Positions 49,431 to 57,304 of a stretch of 64,000 nucleotides of DNA are shown here, piece by piece (position 1 is the first letter of the stretch; each line of letters opens with the position of its first letter). The notes under the pieces were generated by a model. That model saw nothing but the letters and a program-made list of their open reading frames with translations. It was not told where the DNA came from and made no database searches. This DNA is from Pseudomonadales bacterium (GTDB lineage Bacteria; Pseudomonadota; Gammaproteobacteria; Pseudomonadales; GM7GCV1), in the NCBI GenBank assembly GCA_965661125.1, contig CBFICI010000002.1, forward strand, positions 195,196 to 259,195, written 5' to 3'. The translations under genes and the position numbers were made by a program.

Positions 49431-50264
49431 ATGATATCTGTTAAATCAGTGGCTTCGTTCGCCCTGACGGCGGCGCTCGGTCTGGCGACTTCAGCCCAAG
49501 CCCACTTTTTGGTAGTACACACCGACGAAATGGTTTTGGCGCGCAGCAGCGACTTTGAATTTGGCATTGTTTTCACCCATGCCTTCGACGGTGGGCCCAA
49601 CATGCACCTGACAGGCATCGAAGAGTTCTATGCCATGCAGACTCGCGCCGGCGCAGACGAAATGAACCGCATCGATCTGATGGAGTACCTTCAGCCCCTC
49701 GACTGGCAGCAGGAAGACCAAACCGTGCAGGCATTCCGGGCCGCTATTCCCCGCATCACCATGCGCTCGCTGGGCGACTATCAGGTGGTGGTTCAGCCCG
49801 AACCCTATTACGAGGGCGATGAGGACATTTATATTCAGCAGGTCACCAAAGTCATCATGAACGTAGGCGGCGCGCCCACCAACTGGGACCAAACCCTGAA
49901 CTTGCCGGCCGAAATACGTCCCCTGAACAAACCCTATGTGAACTGGGAAGGCGGGCTGTTTACCGGGCAGGTACTGTCCCATGGCAAGCCGGTTGCCGGC
50001 GCTGAAATTGAGGTGGAGTACCTGAACTATCACCCCGACCTGGACGCAGGCGCTTTTACCGGCGAGCCGGTCATCACGGCGCCTCTGCCCGGCTACGAGT
50101 ACGTTAGCCTGCGTTCAGACGAAAACGGCTACTTCAGCCTGACCCTGCCCAAGGCCGGCTGGTGGGGCATTGGCGCACTGGGCGTTGGCAGCGACACCGA
50201 ACATGAAGGCAAAGAACTGTCACAAGACGCGGTTTTGTGGGTTCAGGCCAAAGCGATAGACTAG
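49431..50264 (+). CDS. DUF4198 / COG5266 (CbiK-NikK-like) periplasmic metal-uptake accessory protein, paralog A
   Basis: 277 aa. Signal peptide …TSAQA|HFLVVH. Family-typical blocks FTHAFDGGP, EPYYEG.EDIYIQQ.TKVI.NVGG, EI.PL..PY, GQVL..GKPV.GAEIEVEY, D.NGYF…PKAGWWG and LWV. Confidence 0.8.
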   Translation: MISVKSVASFALTAALGLATSAQAHFLVVHTDEMVLARSSDFEFGIVFTHAFDGGPNMHLTGIEEFYAMQTRAGADEMNRIDLMEYLQPLDWQQEDQTVQAFRAAIPRITMRSLGDYQVVVQPEPYYEGDEDIYIQQVTKVIMNVGGAPTNWDQTLNLPAEIRPLNKPYVNWEGGLFTGQVLSHGKPVAGAEIEVEYLNYHPDLDAGAFTGEPVITAPLPGYEYVSLRSDENGYFSLTLPKAGWWGIGALGVGSDTEHEGKELSQDAVLWVQAKAID

Positions 50265-50292
50265 GCTGCACAAACTCAATTGAGGTAGGTAT

Positions 50293-51138
50293 ATGAGATT
50301 ATCATTCGGGCTCGCGGCCGCAATGTTTCTGGCCGCCCAGGTTCAGGCCCACACCGTGGTGATGCACGCGCCGGAAATGGCGGTCGAACGCGCCACTGAC
50401 ATGCAAATGCCCCTGGTATTTACCCATGCCACCGACGGCGGCCCCACTATGCCGATGGAAATTGAGTCCTTCAGCCTGCACACCGGTCGGCAGTTTTTCA
50501 TGGAAGAGATAGACCTGATGGACACGCTGGAGCCGGTACAGTGGCTGAACCGGGTGAACGAAGACGGCAGTGAAGACCGGGTAGACGCCTTTGTAGCCAA
50601 CATTCCCCGCGATACCATTCGTTCGCTGGGCGACCATCAGTTTATGCTGGTTACCAAGCCCTACTACGACCCCAACGATGAGATCTATATTCAGCAGTTT
50701 GTGAAGATGATCTACAACGTGGGCGGCGCCCAGACCAACTGGCACAGCAGCCTGGGCGTTGATACGGAGATTCATCTGTTCAAAACACCCTACGCCAACT
50801 GGGTAGGGGAAACCGTCAAGGGCGTGGTGTATTCCGACGGCGAACCTATGCCCTATTCGCGTCTGGAAATTGACTACCTGAACTACCAACCCGATATGGA
50901 AAATCTTCGCTTCGCCGAGGAACCCCGCATCGAACACAGCCACCCCAGCTACAACTACATTTCCATCATGACCGACAAGGACGGCGAGTTTGTGTTTGGT
51001 ATTCCTCATGCAGGCTGGTGGGCACTCAGCGCCCTGGGCGTGGGGCCCGAATACAACATTGACGGCACCTACCTGTCGCAGGATGCCATTCTGTGGATTT
51101 ATGCAGAGGATGTGCCGGTTGGAGCGGGAAGCCTGTGA
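50293..51138 (+). CDS. DUF4198 / COG5266 periplasmic protein, paralog B
   Basis: 281 aa. Signal peptide …AQVQA|HTVVMH. Shares FTHA.DGGP, RSLGD, PYY, EIYIQQ, NVGGA.TNW, YLNY.PD, AGWW, ALGVG and LSQDA.LW blocks with paralog A. Confidence 0.8.
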   Translation: MRLSFGLAAAMFLAAQVQAHTVVMHAPEMAVERATDMQMPLVFTHATDGGPTMPMEIESFSLHTGRQFFMEEIDLMDTLEPVQWLNRVNEDGSEDRVDAFVANIPRDTIRSLGDHQFMLVTKPYYDPNDEIYIQQFVKMIYNVGGAQTNWHSSLGVDTEIHLFKTPYANWVGETVKGVVYSDGEPMPYSRLEIDYLNYQPDMENLRFAEEPRIEHSHPSYNYISIMTDKDGEFVFGIPHAGWWALSALGVGPEYNIDGTYLSQDAILWIYAEDVPVGAGSL

Positions 51139-51746
51139 GCCAGGCGACTACGGTAAAGGCCAGCAATAGCCGCTGGGAAGTTGCGCTGCTGATTGCCGGC
51201 GTGGTGGGCATGCTGGCAGCCACCGGATTCTACGTGCTGAAATATGGCCGCAGCGAGCAGGTGCAGGAAATTCAGCCCTGGCAGGTCAGCGCCTATTCCG
51301 ATCTAGGCGTCACCGACCAGGCCATTTATAACGCGCTGGTAACAGCTCAGGAAGACATTGCCTGGATTCAGTACGCCGAAGGCCCCTGGCCCAATATCGC
51401 TACGCTGGAAGACTTTCTGGTGGCGCCTTTTGCCCGGGACTTTTTCTGGGAAAACAACGGGCAGCTGGAATGGGGTTTTCGCGATGTGGTGCAGGAAGGC
51501 GAGATGCAGGGTTACACCATGTACCACGGCAACAACGGAACCATTGAGGGCCAAAGCGCCTACATACTGGTGATCGGTCACCTGCATGCCGGCAACAACA
51601 TGGCCAACCACAACACCATCTGGGTGCATGACAACCCCCAGCAAGGCATGCCCAAAACGTCCACCCAGCAGTCTCTGATTCTGGAAGGCTGGAAAAATGT
51701 GGTGCCCTACACTGGCAAGAACGAGATGGAACGGTTGCAGGATTAG
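51135..51746 (+). CDS. N-terminally membrane-anchored protein of unknown family with a His-rich C-terminal patch
   Basis: GTG start overlapping the preceding stop (GTGA). One TM (WEVALLIAGVVGMLAATGFYVL). The ~160-aa extracytoplasmic domain contains GHLHAGNNMANHNTIWVHD. Confidence 0.65.
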   Translation: MSQATTVKASNSRWEVALLIAGVVGMLAATGFYVLKYGRSEQVQEIQPWQVSAYSDLGVTDQAIYNALVTAQEDIAWIQYAEGPWPNIATLEDFLVAPFARDFFWENNGQLEWGFRDVVQEGEMQGYTMYHGNNGTIEGQSAYILVIGHLHAGNNMANHNTIWVHDNPQQGMPKTSTQQSLILEGWKNVVPYTGKNEMERLQD

Positions 51747-51773
51747 CTGCACCGAACCAACAACGAGGTACCT

Positions 51774-52688
51774 ATGAATAGATTGATTGCTTCATTGCTA
51801 ATTGCTTTAACTGCGCCACTGGCAGCGGCCCAGAGCGCCGACCGCCTGACGGTGGGGATTACACTGCACCCCTATTACAGCTTTGTCGCCAATATTGTGC
51901 AGGATCGCGCAGATATTCTGCCGCTGATTCAGGCCGGCTATAACCCACACGGCTACAGCGCCCAGCCAGAAGACATCAAGCGCGCCATGGACATGGACGT
52001 GATTGTGATGAACGGCATTGGCCACGACAGCTGGGCCGACGAGGTGCTGCAGGCAGCCGGGCGAGACGAGCGTGACCTGCCGCGCATTTACGCCAACAGC
52101 GCCGTGGCTTTGATGCCGGTTTCAGGCAAAGACCAAACGGTGAACTCGCACACCTTTATTTCCACCACGGCGGCCATTGCGCAAATCTACGAGATTGCCA
52201 AGCAGCTGGGTGTTTACGACCCGCAAAATGCCGATTTCTACCGTGCCAATGCACGTGAATACGCCACTAACCTGCGACGTATCAAGGCCGAATATATGCC
52301 AGAGATTGCCAGCATCGACGCCAGCAACTTCCGCGCAGCCACCATGCACGGCGCCTACGGCTACCTGATGCAGGAATTTGGCCTGCAAATTACCGCCGTG
52401 GTAGAGCCGCGCCACGGAGTAGAACCTACCGCCCGCCAGCTGGCCGAAACCGTCGATGAAATTAATGCGTCGGGCGTGAATATTCTGTTCGCCGAGCGCT
52501 TCTTCGCCAGCAAGCTGGCCGACACCCTGGAGGCGGAAACCAATGTGCGCATTTTCAGCTTTTCTCATATTTCCGACGGTGAATATAACGCTGACCATTT
52601 CGAAGAAGAGATGCGCTACAACATTGAAGAACTTCGTGCAGCGCTGGAATACAGCGTGGCTCAACCCCTGGCACAGGCGACAAATTAA
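51774..52688 (+). CDS. Cluster A-I (ZnuA/TroA-type) metal ABC transporter substrate-binding protein
   Basis: 304 aa. Signal peptide …PLAAAQS. Ligand-position histidines in GITLHPYY, YNPHGY and TMHGAYGY. No His-rich loop. Confidence 0.85.
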   Translation: MNRLIASLLIALTAPLAAAQSADRLTVGITLHPYYSFVANIVQDRADILPLIQAGYNPHGYSAQPEDIKRAMDMDVIVMNGIGHDSWADEVLQAAGRDERDLPRIYANSAVALMPVSGKDQTVNSHTFISTTAAIAQIYEIAKQLGVYDPQNADFYRANAREYATNLRRIKAEYMPEIASIDASNFRAATMHGAYGYLMQEFGLQITAVVEPRHGVEPTARQLAETVDEINASGVNILFAERFFASKLADTLEAETNVRIFSFSHISDGEYNADHFEEEMRYNIEELRAALEYSVAQPLAQATN

Positions 52689-53398
52689 TGGGCCCGAAAA
52701 TTAGCGTAAAAAATCTCAACCTGACACTTGGTACCACCCGGGTTCTGGACAGCGTTGACCTTGAAGCAAAGCCGGGCGAGGTGCACTGCATTATCGGCCC
52801 CAATGGCGGCGGCAAAACCTCTACCCTGCGTTGCATCCTCGGGCAAATGCCGCACACCGGCGACATCGAGTTCGAATGGGAAGTGAACGAAACCATCGGT
52901 TACATTCCCCAGGTACTGGAGTTCGACCGTTTTCTGCCGGTCACCGTGAACAACTTTATGGCCATGACCGTGCAAACCACCCCGGCCTTTTTCGGCCTGC
53001 GCGGAATTTTTAAGGATGAGGTGCACAACGCGCTGAAACGCCTGGGCCTTGAAGGCAAAGAAAAACGCATGATGGGCAGCCTGTCTGGCGGCGAAAAACA
53101 GCGCTTGCTGTTTGCCCAAGCACTGGTGCCCGAGCCCTCCCTGATTATTCTCGACGAACCTATGACCGCCCTCGACGAAGCCGGCATGACGGTTTTTGAA
53201 GAGCTGATCATCGAGCTGAAAAACGAGGGCAAAACCATCTTGTGGGTAAACCACGACATGGAACAGGTAGGCCGCCTGTCCGACACCATCACGGTGGTAG
53301 ACACCCAGGTGATCGCTCATGGCCCAACCCAAACCACACTCACCGAATCGATGCGCCACGGCAATTTCCGCGGCGACCTGAAAGGAGTGGCAGCATAA
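52688..53398 (+). CDS. Metal ABC transporter ATP-binding protein (ZnuC-like)
   Basis: 236 aa. GPNGGGKTS Walker A, LSGGEKQR, IILDEP. TAATG overlap on both sides. Confidence 0.9.
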   Translation: MGPKISVKNLNLTLGTTRVLDSVDLEAKPGEVHCIIGPNGGGKTSTLRCILGQMPHTGDIEFEWEVNETIGYIPQVLEFDRFLPVTVNNFMAMTVQTTPAFFGLRGIFKDEVHNALKRLGLEGKEKRMMGSLSGGEKQRLLFAQALVPEPSLIILDEPMTALDEAGMTVFEELIIELKNEGKTILWVNHDMEQVGRLSDTITVVDTQVIAHGPTQTTLTESMRHGNFRGDLKGVAA

Positions 53399-54279
53399 TG
53401 GGTATGGAAGCACTGCAAATGGAACTGCAGATGATGGGTTACCGGCTGAACTATGCCTTTGTGATTAACGCCATCATTTGCGCCCTCATTATTGGCCCGC
53501 TGCTGGGCGCCCTGGGCACCATGGTGGTGGCCAAACGCATGGCCTTTTTCTCGCAGGCCGTGGGCAACGCGGCGCTAACCGGCGTTGGCATTGGTGTACT
53601 AATCGGTGAGTCTTACACCTCGCCCTATGTCTCTATGTTCAGCTTCTGTATTTTGTTTGCGCTGCTGCTGAACTTCACCCGCAACCACACCAAGATGTCG
53701 TCCGACACACTGATTGGTGTGTTCCTGTCGATATCCCTGGCGTTGGGCGCTTCCCTGCTGCTGTTTATTTCGGCCAAGGTGAATACGCACATACTGCAAA
53801 CCATTCTGTTCGGTTCAATTCTTACAGTCAGCAAGACAGACATTGCCGTGCTTAGCGTGGTGGCCGTTATTCTGCTGGCCGTGGGTATTCCGCTGTTCAA
53901 CAAAATGCTGTTGGCCAGCCTGAACCCGGCGCTTGCCCACGTGCGCGGCGTGCGGGTTCAGCTGATGGAGTACATTTTTGTGCTGATGATTACCATCATC
54001 ACCGTGGCCTGCGTGAAAATTATCGGCGCGGTGCTGGTGGAAGCGCTGCTGCTGATTCCCGCTGCGGCTGCACGCAACCTGAACAAATCGCTGGGCGGCT
54101 TTGTGCTGTGGAGCATGATTTTCTCCCTCAGCAGCTGCCTGCTGGGTATCACCATACCCATGCTGTTCGATATTCCGGTTCCGTCCGGCGGCGCCATCAT
54201 TCTGGTGGCAGCAACCTTCTTCCTCATTACCAGCCTGATGCGCGGACTGCTGCCCCAGTTCAAGGAAGCCAAAATATGA
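53398..54279 (+). CDS. Metal ABC transporter permease (ZnuB-like, ABC-3 family)
   Basis: 293 aa from MGMEALQ… 8-9 TM segments. Typical AFV.NA……G..G..VV..RM.F.S.A pattern. Confidence 0.88.
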   Translation: MGMEALQMELQMMGYRLNYAFVINAIICALIIGPLLGALGTMVVAKRMAFFSQAVGNAALTGVGIGVLIGESYTSPYVSMFSFCILFALLLNFTRNHTKMSSDTLIGVFLSISLALGASLLLFISAKVNTHILQTILFGSILTVSKTDIAVLSVVAVILLAVGIPLFNKMLLASLNPALAHVRGVRVQLMEYIFVLMITIITVACVKIIGAVLVEALLLIPAAAARNLNKSLGGFVLWSMIFSLSSCLLGITIPMLFDIPVPSGGAIILVAATFFLITSLMRGLLPQFKEAKI

Positions 54280-55196
54280 TGCGTTTTCGCCCGCTTCTGC
54301 TGATACCGGTACTTTTTCTGCTGGCCGCCTGTGGCAGCAATCCGGCCATGCAGTCCGAACCGATAGCCGAAAGCACACCTCTGGTGCTTACTTCAGTGGC
54401 GCCCATTTACAGCATGACGGCCGCCCTGCTGGCAGACACCCCTGTTGAGGTGCAAAACGTTCCCGAACGCGCCCGCAGCATGGGATCGCAGCCCACCTGG
54501 TTTCGCACCCAGGGCGAAACCTTTGAGGCCCAGTTCGAACAGGCAGATGCGGTGGTTAGCATGGATCACCTGTGGCATCAGGACCCGCTTTACGTGGCCA
54601 CTCGCGAGCGCAATGTGCGGGTTGTTCAAATAGACGCCACCCTGCCCTTTTCGTCCCAGGCCACAGGCGTATCGGTTGTAAATTCGGGCGCCGATGGATT
54701 TGCCCTGCCCATGTTCTGGTTGAGCCCGGCCAATGTGATTCGCTCTACCAAATTGATAGCAACCGACCTTCAACGGCTGTACCCCGAGCAAGCCGAACAA
54801 ATTCGCGCCAATGCACAGGCCATCACTTCGGCTTTGCTGGCTGAAAAGGCCAGGGGCGAAGCGCAATTGCTGCAAGTGGCCGACCCATTTGTTTATGCCC
54901 TGGCCGATGAATTCGATTACGTCACCAATGAATTCGGCATCTTTGTAGATGGCTACTTTATCAAGCAGGACTTGGACTGGACCGAAGAAGACCTGGCCAA
55001 CCTCAGCCAGCATTTGCAGGACTGGGACATTCCCGTGGTGATTCACAAGTGGGAACCGTCTGATGCCATCAAGCAGGCCATTGCCGACGGCGGCGCCGAA
55101 TTGGTGATTCTGGATACCTACGAAACCGCCAGCACCTCGCTGCAGGACCTGTCCATGGGCAACATCAACAAGCTTCTGGCGGCGCTGGCCGAGTAG
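54276..55196 (+). CDS. Second ZnuA-fold binding-protein paralog: a lipoprotein lacking the canonical His ligands
   Basis: 306 aa. Lipobox LLAAC. ATGA overlap with the permease. Collinear with the first SBP, but the ligand positions read SVAPIY, GSQPTW and DPFVYA. Confidence 0.7.
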   Translation: MMRFRPLLLIPVLFLLAACGSNPAMQSEPIAESTPLVLTSVAPIYSMTAALLADTPVEVQNVPERARSMGSQPTWFRTQGETFEAQFEQADAVVSMDHLWHQDPLYVATRERNVRVVQIDATLPFSSQATGVSVVNSGADGFALPMFWLSPANVIRSTKLIATDLQRLYPEQAEQIRANAQAITSALLAEKARGEAQLLQVADPFVYALADEFDYVTNEFGIFVDGYFIKQDLDWTEEDLANLSQHLQDWDIPVVIHKWEPSDAIKQAIADGGAELVILDTYETASTSLQDLSMGNINKLLAALAE

Positions 55197-55209
55197 CGAC
55201 CCAAATTAA

Positions 55210-55476
55210 GTGTCAGACTCCCTGCGAAGCAGGGGTCTGATGCTGAGCGACGAAGTATGGGCTGCCAGCATCTGACCCCTGCCGGGGTCAGACACTTCCG
55301 GTGCTGAACGACGAAGTACGGGCTGCCAGCATCTGACCCCTGAAGGGGTCAGACACTTCCCGTACGGAGTCAAAAGCTATCTCGATTGAAGTGTCAGACT
55401 CCCTGCGAAGCAGGGGTCTGATGCTGAAATACGAAGTGCGAGCTACCAGCATCTGACCCCTGCCGGGGTCAGACAC
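55210..55476. repeat. REP-like mosaic, cluster B (5 elements of two subtypes in alternating orientation)
   Basis: Subtype 1, GTGTCAGACTCCCTGCGAAGCAGGGGTCTGATGCTG, at 55210-55245 and 55391-55426. Subtype 2, CAGCATCTGACCCCTG(CC/AA)GGGGTCAGACAC, at 55266-55295, 55327-55356 and 55447-55476. The spacers are themselves related (…ACGAAGT.CG.GCT.C). Confidence 0.92.
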
Positions 55477-55497
55477 TTCTCACATTCGCATCAGGCA

Positions 55498-56343
55498 TTA
55501 GGCAGCGAAGGGTTTCAGCGCCTCGCGCAGTTCATCGCACTTGGGCTGCGCTCGTTTGAACACCTGTTCGGCCCTGAAAAACTCCAGCATCTCGAAACCG
55601 CCCAGGTCGGGGTGAAGGTATAGATCAGGCGGGTCTGCCTTGCGACGCATTTCGCCAATCTGGTGGCTCATAATTTCGATGGCACCAATCAGGGTGTCGG
55701 TCATGCCAATCTTGTTTGGCTTCTTGCGCTGCGGCAGGTCTTTCACATCAATGGCAATGCGATAAAGCGACTTGTCCAGCAGGTCGTGCGGCACCAGGTT
55801 TACGCACCCGCCATCTACCAACACTTTGCCGTCTATCTCGGTTGGCGTGAATATGCCGGGCAATGCCATGGTGGCGCGTATCGCCGGCATCAGCGGGCCG
55901 CTGTCGAACACCACCTGTTCGCCGGTGAAGAAATCGGTGGCAACAACGGTAACGGGGATATTCAAATCCTCGAACGTTTCTACCCCAATAATCTCGCCCA
56001 GAAACTCGGCTACCTTGTCGCCCTTGAATACTCCTCCGCGTACAAACTTGGGGTCAAACAGGTCGAACCAGCGCAGCAGGCCGCGTTTCTTGAATATTTC
56101 TTTTAAGCCTTCGCCCTCTTTGATAATCATGCCTTCAACCAGCTCGCGCAGGTCACCGGGAGACGTACCGGAAGCGTAGATTGTGCCCAGAATAGCCCCC
56201 ATGCTGGTGCCACCGATATGGGCAGGGGTAACTTTCATTTCTTCGAACACCTGCAGCATGGGAATATGCGCAAGCCCGCGCGCTCCGCCACCGCCCAGAG
56301 CCAAACCGATTTTTTTCTTGCCGCGTAGTTTGTCTATCACCAT
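55498..56343 (-). CDS. Patatin-like phospholipase (RssA-like)
   Basis: GLALGGGGARG oxyanion motif, GTSMG nucleophile elbow and DGG motif. First ATG used as start; a TTG at 56394 is possible. Confidence 0.85.
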   Translation of the reverse strand: MVIDKLRGKKKIGLALGGGGARGLAHIPMLQVFEEMKVTPAHIGGTSMGAILGTIYASGTSPGDLRELVEGMIIKEGEGLKEIFKKRGLLRWFDLFDPKFVRGGVFKGDKVAEFLGEIIGVETFEDLNIPVTVVATDFFTGEQVVFDSGPLMPAIRATMALPGIFTPTEIDGKVLVDGGCVNLVPHDLLDKSLYRIAIDVKDLPQRKKPNKIGMTDTLIGAIEIMSHQIGEMRRKADPPDLYLHPDLGGFEMLEFFRAEQVFKRAQPKCDELREALKPFAA

Positions 56344-56431
56344 GGGGGAATCATACAGCCAAGTACGCAAAGGAAAGAACAGCAGATCAACCAACGCGAA
56401 AGGTTAAAATAGCGCCACAGCGGAGATTTTT

Positions 56432-56638
56432 ATGAGCCAAGAAAAACTGGATGACCTGGAGGCCAAACTGGCCTTCCAGGAGCACGAACTAAATCAGTTG
56501 CACGACTCGCTGTACGAAAGCCAGCGGCGCATTGATGTGCTGGAGCGCCAGATGACCCAGCTGGTGAAGCGATATCAGCAGATGTCGGAAAAGCTGGACG
56601 ACGACATGCCGGCCGACCAAAAACCGCCGCACTATTGA
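56432..56638 (+). CDS. slyX: SlyX-family coiled-coil protein
   Basis: 68 aa. LE.KLAFQE…L………Q…I..L pattern. Confidence 0.8.
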   Translation: MSQEKLDDLEAKLAFQEHELNQLHDSLYESQRRIDVLERQMTQLVKRYQQMSEKLDDDMPADQKPPHY

Positions 56639-56672
56639 CCTTGAGTAAGCCTTGAGTAGTTCAGCAGGGAAA

Positions 56673-56758
56673 GTGTCTGACCCCGTCAGGGGTCAGATGC
56701 TGGTGGCCCGGTGCATATAGCCCAGCATCAGACCCCCGCTTCGCGGGGAGTCAGACAC
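56673..56758. repeat. REP-like elements, cluster C (one of each subtype, inverted)
   Basis: GTGTCTGACCCCGTCAGGGGTCAGATGCTG at 56673-56702. CAGCATCAGACCCCCGCTTCGCGGGGAGTCAGACAC at 56723-56758. Confidence 0.92.
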
Positions 56759-56783
56759 TTGAGGTGAAGCATCAGGGCAAGTG

Positions 56784-57299
56784 TCAGTCTTCCAGCAGCT
56801 GCACTTCTTCAGCTGATGCGCCACGGTCGACCTTGACCACCACCTTCTGCAAAAAAAGGTTGTTCGGGAAAGTCGCCAGGTCGCCATTTTCCTGTCGCAC
56901 CTGCACAGTGAACAGCGAAATCTCCTCGATCAACCCCTCAACCGTGTCGTCCTTGTCCAGCACGCGAATGCGATCGCCAATGCGGTACGGAAAACCAAAA
57001 AAGATAACCAGGCTGGCGGTAAGGTTGCTAAGAATAGACCACTGGGCAAACAGGGCCACACCCAGCACGGCAATGGCCGATGACAAAAAGATGGCTACCT
57101 CGCCGTAGTTCAGGCCAAGCACCAACCCCAGCAATACAAAATAAATAATGGCCAACACAATGCTGATGGTCTTGCGCACGTATTGAATGCGCGTGGGCAC
57201 CGAGCGGGAGGCCGCCCCCGAACCCACCACCAGCTTCCCCAGCCAATGATGAAGCAGGCCATAGCCAAGCGTCAGAACAAGTAGGTATACCAATTTCAT
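56784..57299 (-). CDS. Short MscS-family mechanosensitive-channel-like protein (171 aa)
   Basis: Three hydrophobic segments, then the MscS pore-helix/beta-domain pattern (…LSNL.AS..I.F..P.RIGD.I…G.I.EI.L..T…). No room for the C-terminal alpha/beta vestibule domain. Confidence 0.65.
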   Translation of the reverse strand: MKLVYLLVLTLGYGLLHHWLGKLVVGSGAASRSVPTRIQYVRKTISIVLAIIYFVLLGLVLGLNYGEVAIFLSSAIAVLGVALFAQWSILSNLTASLVIFFGFPYRIGDRIRVLDKDDTVEGLIEEISLFTVQVRQENGDLATFPNNLFLQKVVVKVDRGASAEEVQLLED

Positions 57300-57304
57300 G
57301 TGGT

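Noticed and set aside
55210-55476. A possible CRISPR array (regularly spaced ~30-36 nt repeats)
   Set aside because: The repeats are strong palindromes of two subtypes in alternating orientation. The spacers are only 20-35 nt and are homologous to each other. The same element is dispersed at three other loci, and no cas genes are present. The elements are REP/BIME-like.
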